Virus record (IMG/VR): IMGVR_UViG_3300032073_000011
Coordinates: 38,193-102,192 of that record
DNA from: a virus
Strand: one strand, 5' to 3'
Length of the DNA: 64,000 nt
A program made the position numbers and the translations under genes. Within the stretch, counting starts at the first letter, position 1, and the number at the start of each line of letters is the position of its first letter. The notes under the pieces are model-generated. The model worked only from the letters and a program-made list of their open reading frames with translations, was not told where the DNA came from and did no database searches. Positions 55,572-63,550 of this stretch are shown one piece after another.

Positions 55572-56327
55572 TTAGATTTTTGATATAGGGTTTATTATTT
55601 GTTTCATCTTTTTTATATCCTCTTGGATTAGTTTTTCTTTTTCTTCTTTTGATTCTTTCATTGATTTTTTAATAGCTTTATCTTTAGCCATTAAATAGTC
55701 GTCAGAGTCTATGTCACCATCACCATCATGGTCTTTTTTCTTACCTTCATCCATTTCGTGGTGTCCTTCTTCCATGTCATCCATTTCGTATACATCACCA
55801 TCTTGACCATCATAACCTTCATCTAAGTCGGGATAAGGAAGTGGGTCTTTTAATGAATCAGGGTCCGCCATCGCTCTTTGGTCTCTTCCAGAAGCAATTG
55901 CATCGGCTGTAATAGTCATAAAATTACCTAATTTAGTAATAGAGTTAGCCAACTTTTTTCTAGTATCACTATCTTTAATCATGTCATAAGCTTTTTTAAC
56001 ACCATTAATGATATTTTCAATACCATTAGCAGCAGCTACACCACGATTATACCCACCAGTATCAAATCCCTCACCTAATAAATCATGAGAGTAGTCCTCA
56101 ACATTTAAATCTAGACCTTCCTTTTTAATAGATTCTCTAATTAGCTGGTGACACTCTTTAATAATTGTGTTAATAGAATTTTCTTTTGTTTCTTCTAACC
56201 TCATTAATAACCTATCTAATTGTTCTTCACTTAAAATAACATCTTGCCTTTTACCCTCAGTAAAAACTTTTTTGTTAGTTTTAGGTTGTTTTAGACTCTC
56301 GTTTAATGTTTTTTTACTAAATTTCAT
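55572..56327 (-). CDS. Acidic protein with DxDxDG Ca-binding-like loop (251 aa), possible head-internal protein
   Basis: DHDGDGDIDSDDY; VILSEEQLDRLL; LIQEDIKKMKQII. Confidence 0.6.
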   Translation of the reverse strand: MKFSKKTLNESLKQPKTNKKVFTEGKRQDVILSEEQLDRLLMRLEETKENSINTIIKECHQLIRESIKKEGLDLNVEDYSHDLLGEGFDTGGYNRGVAAANGIENIINGVKKAYDMIKDSDTRKKLANSITKLGNFMTITADAIASGRDQRAMADPDSLKDPLPYPDLDEGYDGQDGDVYEMDDMEEGHHEMDEGKKKDHDGDGDIDSDDYLMAKDKAIKKSMKESKEEKEKLIQEDIKKMKQIINPISKI

Positions 56328-56341
56328 ATCTCTGTTTTGTT

Positions 56342-56348
56342 ATAAATA
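56342..56348 (-). promoter_or_regulatory. TATTTAT putative phage late promoter
   Basis: 14 nt upstream of ATG at 56327. Confidence 0.6.
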
Positions 56349-59300
56349 TTATATATCTTCAAAAGATGCCCCTGTAGGAGTTATTAAGAACTCAACAAAG
56401 ATATATTCTAAAGCTCTGGTAGGTTTAATGTAAATCTTACCATTCATTTCATTTCTATCTATTTCTTCAGGGTCATTAGAAAGTACCACTCTAAAGTCTG
56501 TCAAACCTCTATCTCTTCTTATAGAGTCTAGAATTGGGTTAACTAAGTCTAAGAATTGTTGTCTTACAATATCGTCATTTTGTTCGAATATTAATCTTAC
56601 CGAAACAGCCGAAATTAATTTTCTAGTTTGTAGTAACAATCTTCTAACATTAATTCTATCTAAAGCAGATTCTCTAATCTGTAAAGTTTTATTACCCCAG
56701 ATAATTGGACCTACATCACTGAATGTCGCGATAGGGTTAAGTCTACCTACATATAATGTATCTCTTTCATCTAAAGTCAGTTTCTTTCTCGCTTTAACAG
56801 CGTCCACTAAACCTCTCGTATATCCTGCCGAAGCGAACCATGGGAATGAAATATTATCAGTTAATGCTATATTTCTCATTACCTCTGCTGTTGGTGGGAT
56901 GTAAATTTGTTTATTATTAGCGGTATCTCTTACCTGTATCCAAGGATAATAGGTAGCTGTATAGTTAGAATCAATTAATGAATCTTCTAAATTGTCTACA
57001 GCTTCTTCTGGTGAAACTTGGTTTGTTTTATCTGTTGTGTCTGCTACAAACATATTATAGTCTGGTGTTGTTACCACATATAAAGAGTCAGCTCTTTGTG
57101 TTTCTACCATATCTATAGCTTCATTTACTAAACCTAAGTTATCTACATAATCTAAACCTGGTGTTGTAAACACATTAATATCTACTGATTCTGGGTTATT
57201 GAATGTTTCTATACCTCTTAAGAATGCAAAATAGTCAGTGTTTGCTTCGATGGTACTTAACTTCTTAAATGTACCTAATCCTGTACCTAGTGGGAAATCA
57301 CTACTTGTACAAGCTCCCGCTAAGAAACCACTTAATCCCATTCTATAGTCATCACTATTAGACCTAGTTTTTCTGTAAATGTCCCAACCGTCGAAACCAC
57401 CATGAGGTGCAACTGTAAACTTACGACTTCTAAGTTTTTTATATGTTTCGGTAGATAGTGTAGGTTCGTGGTTAAATTGTCCTGCTCCACAATCAAATAC
57501 TTGTTTATTGTTTAAGGTAGTACCTGTCCAATCTGTATACGCTCCAGTACCTCCTATAACCACAGTAGCTCCAGAATCCATGTGGAATCCTTTAGTTATT
57601 ACATTCCACTCACCACCATCTGCTGGTGTACATAATGTGGACGGTACTTGTTTTCCTTTATAGTTGAAGAAGTCTGGGTCATAAGCTGCACCTGTACTAT
57701 TAGATACACCTAGATAAACTTTACTAACTTTATCACCACCACTAACAGTTTGGTTATTTACCGTACCACTACCGAAAGGTGGGTCAAAAACTGTTTCACC
57801 TGGTGTGTAATATTTTGTTTTATAAACTAATTTAGGGTTTGTAGGACATGTTCCATAACCTCTAAACCTATATCCCTCAAATCCTGCTGGTACTGAATTA
57901 GCAAATGTCCCATCTAATAAACCTTCACCTAAATATAACATAGTATACTTAGATTTTAATTCAAACTCACCTGTAGATGTACCTATTTTTCTACCAACAA
58001 ATGAAACTTTAGTAGGGTCTAAACTACATCTAGTATATTTTTCTAAGACGTTTGGATTTGCATCAGTATCATAGAAATCTCTTACCAAGATATCAAATTC
58101 ACCTCTCTCAAATGACATATTAATTAATGAAATTTTAATTTCTCTGTTTGCTGTTGTACCATCAGATATAGAAATAAATTTAAATAATCTATATACGTCA
58201 GTACCTTGTAATTCTGAAACAATCCATGGTGTTTCAGGTGTTGTCCATTGATGCATGTACCAAGCTATAGTATTTGTGTTTGTTGTATTTCTTGCGGAAG
58301 GTAAGTACTGTAAACAACACTGTAACCCTCTTACTTTTCCTTTTTTCCAAGCATCTGTTAACAAAGCTGGATAAGTTTCTTCTACAAATAAAGGAACCTC
58401 CTCTTTCTTTTTATCAAAAGGACTTCTACCAAATACTCTAGAAACGTAGTCTTGTGAAGTATTACTCATAGAAGTTTTAAATGTGTAAGCTGTACCATTA
58501 ACAGTTCCAGCACTTATACCAAACGAAGCGAATGGATTTTCCATAACTTTATAATAATCTCCAGTACACTGCATATTAACAGTATTCGCACTAATAGAAT
58601 AAACCGGTCCACCCGAAGCCTTATCACTTAATCCTCTAGACCTTAAAGTTAATACTACCATACCATCATATTCAGTCTCAGCTGATAAATTTGTATAAGT
58701 AACGTAGTCCATTACTACATTACCAGAATAAACTACTGTACCAGCACTTGTTGTTCCTGTTGCTGCCGAATAATAACCAGCATATCCTACAGGAGTTCCA
58801 GCTGCAGAGAAAGATATATCTGATGGATTACCACTAATATATAGTTGGTACGAAACCCCACTATACGTAGAACCTGTACAACATGTTGTACTATTGTCGT
58901 TATCAAATAAAGCGTAATACCAAGAATCGTTTTTATATGAAGTCCAGTCAGTACACTCACTTCCTAATATATTAGTTACTGTTAAAGCTGAAGTTGCAGC
59001 TGTTAATGTATCTACTGTATCAGCAGTAGCAGCATTAGTTGTTGCACTAGGTATACAACCATATTGGTAGACTGTTGGACAAGGCCAAGCAGTCGCTGCT
59101 GAAGCTGGGGTTTGTGAACCACCAGTATAACATAAAGTATTAGATGATGTTTTAAGACTTAGAGTCGCAGAAAAGAAATCAAGGAATGATTGTTTTAACG
59201 TTGGTAGTGTAGTTCCGTTCGTTAATGTTACTACTTCACCCAAATCAGTGTCTGTGTCGGATTTTCTAAAGTGATTTAATACCACACCTGGAATTTGTGT

Positions 59301-59798
59301 AAAGAAGTCAGCATTTAAGGCATCATTTATACTTGCACTTTCACCCACAGTAGTATTAGTACCAGTTAGTGGGATGAAGAAAGGCATTATTGTTTGGGTA
59401 ATAGCAGATACAACGCTACTACCAGAATCAGCCCTAAAACTCTTAGGGTCTAATTCCCCCAAAGTTAATACACTAAATGATGGTCCCGCATCATAACCAC
59501 TAAGACCTAATACTCTAGTCACAAATAATTGATTTGATTGACTTAAGTAAGACTTAGCTATATATCCTAACTCATATTTAGGAATCTGTGAATCCACGTA
59601 TGTTGTTGGTGATGTACCACCAAATCTTGTTGTGAAGTCATCATATGATTGTATAAAAATAGGTTCAAAAGCTGGTCCCTTTAGAGTTTCACCAACCACA
59701 CCTAATGTTGTAACACCTACACTTTGTGCTACAAATGTTAAATCTTTCTCAGAAGTATATACCCCTGGAGAAACAAATACCTTATTACCGTCTGCCAT
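56349..59798 (-). CDS. Tail sheath protein, enlarged (1149 aa)
   Basis: FVSPGVYTSEKD, GETLKGPAFEP, YYPW, PWFASAGYTRG, NPIATF...IWGNKTLQ...LDRINVRRLL, IKPTRALEYIFVEF. Confidence 0.95.
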   Translation of the reverse strand: MADGNKVFVSPGVYTSEKDLTFVAQSVGVTTLGVVGETLKGPAFEPIFIQSYDDFTTRFGGTSPTTYVDSQIPKYELGYIAKSYLSQSNQLFVTRVLGLSGYDAGPSFSVLTLGELDPKSFRADSGSSVVSAITQTIMPFFIPLTGTNTTVGESASINDALNADFFTQIPGVVLNHFRKSDTDTDLGEVVTLTNGTTLPTLKQSFLDFFSATLSLKTSSNTLCYTGGSQTPASAATAWPCPTVYQYGCIPSATTNAATADTVDTLTAATSALTVTNILGSECTDWTSYKNDSWYYALFDNDNSTTCCTGSTYSGVSYQLYISGNPSDISFSAAGTPVGYAGYYSAATGTTSAGTVVYSGNVVMDYVTYTNLSAETEYDGMVVLTLRSRGLSDKASGGPVYSISANTVNMQCTGDYYKVMENPFASFGISAGTVNGTAYTFKTSMSNTSQDYVSRVFGRSPFDKKKEEVPLFVEETYPALLTDAWKKGKVRGLQCCLQYLPSARNTTNTNTIAWYMHQWTTPETPWIVSELQGTDVYRLFKFISISDGTTANREIKISLINMSFERGEFDILVRDFYDTDANPNVLEKYTRCSLDPTKVSFVGRKIGTSTGEFELKSKYTMLYLGEGLLDGTFANSVPAGFEGYRFRGYGTCPTNPKLVYKTKYYTPGETVFDPPFGSGTVNNQTVSGGDKVSKVYLGVSNSTGAAYDPDFFNYKGKQVPSTLCTPADGGEWNVITKGFHMDSGATVVIGGTGAYTDWTGTTLNNKQVFDCGAGQFNHEPTLSTETYKKLRSRKFTVAPHGGFDGWDIYRKTRSNSDDYRMGLSGFLAGACTSSDFPLGTGLGTFKKLSTIEANTDYFAFLRGIETFNNPESVDINVFTTPGLDYVDNLGLVNEAIDMVETQRADSLYVVTTPDYNMFVADTTDKTNQVSPEEAVDNLEDSLIDSNYTATYYPWIQVRDTANNKQIYIPPTAEVMRNIALTDNISFPWFASAGYTRGLVDAVKARKKLTLDERDTLYVGRLNPIATFSDVGPIIWGNKTLQIRESALDRINVRRLLLQTRKLISAVSVRLIFEQNDDIVRQQFLDLVNPILDSIRRDRGLTDFRVVLSNDPEEIDRNEMNGKIYIKPTRALEYIFVEFLITPTGASFEDI

Positions 59799-59834
59799 GT
59801 TTTATAATTTTTAAAATATTTTATTTTCTTTATT

Positions 59835-59841
59835 ATAAATA
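59835..59841 (-). promoter_or_regulatory. TATTTAT putative phage late promoter
   Basis: 36 nt upstream of the sheath ATG. Confidence 0.6.
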
Positions 59842-59876
59842 CAAGGGGTATTATCAAAAGTTACGTAGTAAATTAG

Positions 59877-59921
59877 TATATTTGGTGGTTAGTAGGTAAA
59901 TTTTCATACTTTTTTCATACT
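59877..59921 (+). promoter_or_regulatory. Bacteroidota -7 element (TATATTTG) followed by direct repeat TTTTCATACT x2 (putative operator)
   Basis: TAnnTTTG at 59877-59884; repeat copies at 59901-59910 and 59912-59921; no clear -33 element. Confidence 0.55.
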
Positions 59922-59953
59922 ATATAGTAGTTATAGCAAAAATATCCTCTATA

Positions 59954-60121
59954 ATGGCCAATAAAGACAAAAAACCAAAAATAAAAAATTTAAAGATAAG
60001 TGAAGAGGTTCATTTTACCCTAAAAGAGTACTGTAAGAAAAACGGACTTAAGATGTTTGCTTTTGTTGAACAACTGATAAGGATAAATTGTAAATCTAAA
60101 AGAGATATTTACGGAGAATAA
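59954..60121 (+). CDS. Ribbon-helix-helix-like DNA-binding protein (55 aa; below ORF-track cutoff)
   Basis: MANKDKKPKIKNLKISEEVHFTLKEYCKKNGLKMFAFVEQLIRINCKSKRDIYGE: alternating beta strand, helix, NG turn, helix; stop abuts the stop of the convergent gene. Confidence 0.75.
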   Translation: MANKDKKPKIKNLKISEEVHFTLKEYCKKNGLKMFAFVEQLIRINCKSKRDIYGE

Positions 60122-61198
60122 TTAGTATATTAACTTCTCTTGTAGTGTTAAGGTAGCGGGTGCAGCACTATTATCCTTATCAACCCAAATTGTCAACTTA
60201 TCACCAGGATTTATCATTAACACCTCATTAATGTTATGTTGTACATCATTTATATAAAATTCGTAAGCAATAACATTCTTAATTCTTAAAGCTGAAATAT
60301 TAACTTTATAGTCGTAGTTAAGTACTAACTCATCATTACCAGCGTCAAAAGTTAACTTAGTATTTATTTTATCTGGATTTTTTGGAGTTCCTTTTGGTTC
60401 CTTTTGTCTTTCTTTTTCATCAAAACCAAACATAACTAAACTCCTACTAATTGCCGGTTTAACTTCAAATTCTTCTTCATCTAATAAAAATCCTTGTAAT
60501 TGAAATTGATAATTTTGTTGGTAGTATCTTCTTTCTTCTGTGTCTATCTTACTTTCGTCACCTATAGAATTCATCACTATAGGAATATAATGCCCTTTTA
60601 CAAATGTGTAAGCCTGTCTAGATGTAAACTTTTGTAGTACAACCCTATTAAAATTATTTAACTCTCTCATTCTATTACAAATAATTTTAACATCATAAGT
60701 TATGTCAACAGGAACTGGTTGAGGTATAGTATATATGTCGTATCCTTTTCTATTTCCATCCCATGTTGGGACTTTTGCATAATGAAATTGTTTTCTATCT
60801 GGTATTGTATACTGTAAAGCGGGATTAGTACCATACTGTACTTCTGGATTTCTAACAACCACAATAAAAGGTAGTTCTACGTTTTTGTCTTTTGTTGAGA
60901 ATTTCCATGTTTGTGCTAACTCCCCCCATCTTTGTAACGTAAGAATTCTATCTATAACATTAATCTTTTTACCATTACTTACAGTTTTTAATTGTTCTTC
61001 TACAAAATCTAACATACCCCTATCCATATCCGCATGTAGTACTGACTTTGGTAGATAGGTCCCATCTTCAGTTATTAAATTTGCAAGTTCTTTTCTTCTA
61101 TTAGGTGTGGTTATACCATTGTACCCAGTAGGGTAGTGTCCCTGGATTGGTCCCGGAGATATATTCAAACTCTTTTTTACTTTTTTTGGTAATGCCAT
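60122..61198 (-). CDS. Tail terminator / sheath stabiliser (T4 gp15-like)
   Basis: LPFIVVVR and PQPVPVDITYDVKII motifs; upstream of the sheath gene. Confidence 0.65.
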   Translation of the reverse strand: MALPKKVKKSLNISPGPIQGHYPTGYNGITTPNRRKELANLITEDGTYLPKSVLHADMDRGMLDFVEEQLKTVSNGKKINVIDRILTLQRWGELAQTWKFSTKDKNVELPFIVVVRNPEVQYGTNPALQYTIPDRKQFHYAKVPTWDGNRKGYDIYTIPQPVPVDITYDVKIICNRMRELNNFNRVVLQKFTSRQAYTFVKGHYIPIVMNSIGDESKIDTEERRYYQQNYQFQLQGFLLDEEEFEVKPAISRSLVMFGFDEKERQKEPKGTPKNPDKINTKLTFDAGNDELVLNYDYKVNISALRIKNVIAYEFYINDVQHNINEVLMINPGDKLTIWVDKDNSAAPATLTLQEKLIY

Positions 61199-61713
61199 TA
61201 TACTCCTTTAAATTCATTAGGACTTACGTAAGAACATGTAACAGTTCTATAAAAAGCCTTATACCCACCTATAGTGTGTTTATTATCAGATGTTACTCTA
61301 CCGTCATTTGTTACGCTATAATATCTCATTTTATTTTCCGTTTCAGCATAACCTATATAATCACCATAATTAATATCTATATTTAATTCGTTTAAATGTT
61401 TTATATAAACACCTAATGTCATATTTCCAGGTTCTAAATCTTTAACTAACCCACCCGCATAACTATCAAGTTTTGGTTCATCTATTTTAACATAAGCATT
61501 AAACTCTACCGGTGCTTTATATCTAATTTCTTCTGGACCAGATTCACCGTAAACATCGTCAACATCTGAAAGTCTCGCATCCACCCTAAATAAAACCAAA
61601 GTAAAATGCATATCACCGTGTAACCACTCCATACCTACGTTCTGTTCTAACTGAAAATCTTCAGAACTAAAAAATCTAGATATCCTTGTAATAGGTATTT
61701 TTTTATTTGCCAT
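61198..61713 (-). CDS. Neck / head-closure protein (T4 gp14-like)
   Basis: DDVYGES, IDINYGDYIGY; coupled to the tail terminator gene. Confidence 0.6.
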   Translation of the reverse strand: MANKKIPITRISRFFSSEDFQLEQNVGMEWLHGDMHFTLVLFRVDARLSDVDDVYGESGPEEIRYKAPVEFNAYVKIDEPKLDSYAGGLVKDLEPGNMTLGVYIKHLNELNIDINYGDYIGYAETENKMRYYSVTNDGRVTSDNKHTIGGYKAFYRTVTCSYVSPNEFKGV

Positions 61714-61731
61714 ATAGTGTTTCCTTTTATT

Positions 61732-61738
61732 ATAAATA
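61732..61738 (-). promoter_or_regulatory. TATTTAT putative phage late promoter heading the neck/tail region
   Basis: 18 nt upstream of ATG at 61713. Confidence 0.6.
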
Positions 61739-61741
61739 CAA

Positions 61742-61773
61742 TTTGTCTTTCTTTTCTCTTTTTATTATATTTT
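61742..61773 (+). promoter_or_regulatory. Host-type promoter TTTG-N20-TATATTTT
   Basis: Bacteroidota geometry with one mismatch; ends 4 nt before the helicase ATG, the same spacing as at 54265. Confidence 0.55.
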
Positions 61774-61777
61774 TAAT

Positions 61778-63511
61778 ATGGAAAATTTCCCACCAGAAAT
61801 TAAAGCTAAGAATTCATTAGCTGATTATAGTGGGGCCAATAACTATATTATAGGCCTTAGAAATAATATGCTTAACAGTAAAACATTCACACTAACACGT
61901 TCACAGGCAGACTACATTAATAAAAACTATAGTGAAAAACCTAAGGTTGTTAGACTGTGGATGGAAATAGATGATTATTTAGCTAAAGAATACATGTCAA
62001 CCAAATTTTTACAGTCCCCACCCAAATCTATTTGGATTGAGAAGTTGTTAAGTGAGACAGAAAAAGCTTATCATGTCTGGGGTAAGGTAATTGATTCTGA
62101 CACACTTAATTCTTTTTGGGTCCCTAAAAATCAGATTATTCCGAGAGCTAATCCTGATGTTAAGGTTGACTTCGGTGAGTTTTCTCATCGTCCACCATTC
62201 GAACACCAAAAAACAGCTATAACTAAATTAGTGTCAAATAAAAAATATATCCTAGCGGACGATATGGGTTTAGGTAAAACTAGTTCTGCTATTATGGCTA
62301 GTATAAGTTGTAAGGCAAAAAAAGTATTAATTATTTGTCCCGCATCTTTAAAGGTTAATTGGAAAAGGGAAATAGAGAATTATACTGATGAACCGGTCGG
62401 TATTGTAGAAGGTAAAAAATGGTTGGACGGTAAATATGTGATTATTAACTATGACATACTCAAAAACTTTCATTCCTTACCAAAAGACAAAGATAAGAAA
62501 AAACAAATTATAGATTCCAAGTTTGATTTGGTCATAATAGATGAAGCACATTATGTATCTAACGGAAAAGCTCAAAGAACTAAATTGGTTAACAACTTAA
62601 CTTCTAGAATAGATAGATTATGGTTATTGTCTGGTACCCCTATGACATCTAGACCTATGAATTACTATAACCTGTTAAAGTTGGTTGGGTCAAGAGTTGC
62701 AAATAATTGGATTAATTATGTTAGGAGGTATTGTGATGGTAAACAAATTTTTAGGGGGTATAGAAAAATATGGTTGACTTTTGGTGCTACTAATTTAGAA
62801 GAGTTACGTGATAAAACTAACGATAAAGTTTTACGTAGACTAAAAGAAGATGTGTTAGATTTACCGGATAAGATTATTACCCCCATTCATATGGAACTAA
62901 AATCTAAAACATATGAAGACGAAATGGGTGACTATCTTGACTGGAGGAGACAAAATAGGAATAAAGGATTATCCATACAACTTTCAAAGTTGATGAAAGT
63001 TAGGCAAATCATAGCTTTAGAAAAAGTTAAGGAGACAATCCAACTAATAGAACAGTGCCTACAACAAGATAAAAAAGTTATTGTATTTACTAATTTTACA
63101 GAACCTTTAATGACTTTACATGAAAAATATAAAAAAGAATCTGTAATTCTTAACGGTACAATGAAAAAAGAAGATAGACAGGAAAGTGTAGATAGATTCC
63201 AAAACGATGACAAAGTAAAAGTTTTTATAGGAAATGTAAAAGCAGCTGGGGTGGGAATTACCTTAACCGCTGCAGAAGTTGTAATCTTTAATGATTTATC
63301 ATTTGTACCCTCCGACATGTCTCAATGTGAAGACCGAGCATTTAGAATAGGACAAGATAAAAAAGTGTCTTGTATGTATCCTATTTATGACAATACTATA
63401 GAAAGAACCATATATGAATTAGTTAATAAAAAGAAATCCGTGATAGACACTGTTATGGGCGATAATATTAATGAAGAAGATATTTTAGGTGAAATTTTAC
63501 TTGGTTTGTAA
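61778..63511 (+). CDS. SNF2-family helicase/ATPase (HARP/SMARCAL1-like)
   Basis: LADDMGLGKT, ICPASLKVNW, DEAH, LSGTP, GVGITLTAA, QCEDRAFRIGQ. Confidence 0.92.
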   Translation: MENFPPEIKAKNSLADYSGANNYIIGLRNNMLNSKTFTLTRSQADYINKNYSEKPKVVRLWMEIDDYLAKEYMSTKFLQSPPKSIWIEKLLSETEKAYHVWGKVIDSDTLNSFWVPKNQIIPRANPDVKVDFGEFSHRPPFEHQKTAITKLVSNKKYILADDMGLGKTSSAIMASISCKAKKVLIICPASLKVNWKREIENYTDEPVGIVEGKKWLDGKYVIINYDILKNFHSLPKDKDKKKQIIDSKFDLVIIDEAHYVSNGKAQRTKLVNNLTSRIDRLWLLSGTPMTSRPMNYYNLLKLVGSRVANNWINYVRRYCDGKQIFRGYRKIWLTFGATNLEELRDKTNDKVLRRLKEDVLDLPDKIITPIHMELKSKTYEDEMGDYLDWRRQNRNKGLSIQLSKLMKVRQIIALEKVKETIQLIEQCLQQDKKVIVFTNFTEPLMTLHEKYKKESVILNGTMKKEDRQESVDRFQNDDKVKVFIGNVKAAGVGITLTAAEVVIFNDLSFVPSDMSQCEDRAFRIGQDKKVSCMYPIYDNTIERTIYELVNKKKSVIDTVMGDNINEEDILGEILLGL

Positions 63512-63528
63512 AAACAAGCTTTTCCTTA

Positions 63529-63535
63529 TATTTAT
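63529..63535 (+). promoter_or_regulatory. TATTTAT putative phage late promoter (plus strand)
   Basis: 15 nt upstream of plus-strand ATG 63551; shows the motif follows gene orientation. Confidence 0.6.
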
Positions 63536-63550
63536 ATAAAAACAATTGTT

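Noticed and set aside
27997-61713. Bacterial extracellular contractile injection system or tailocin
   Set aside because: Interleaved phage replication genes, neck proteins and phage-type gene density indicate a genuine phage genome.
200-61738. TATAAATA-like matches on the plus strand read as T4 gp55 late promoters
   Set aside because: They point away from the adjacent minus-strand genes, and the plus-strand gene at 63551 has TATTTAT instead, so the functional orientation is TATTTAT.
3050-63318. Many short ORF-track entries nested antisense or out of frame in long genes (e.g. 28787-29251, 36521-36958, 49915-50334, 51154-51579, 62932-63318)
   Set aside because: They are shadows of well-supported genes, with no promoters or recognisable motifs.
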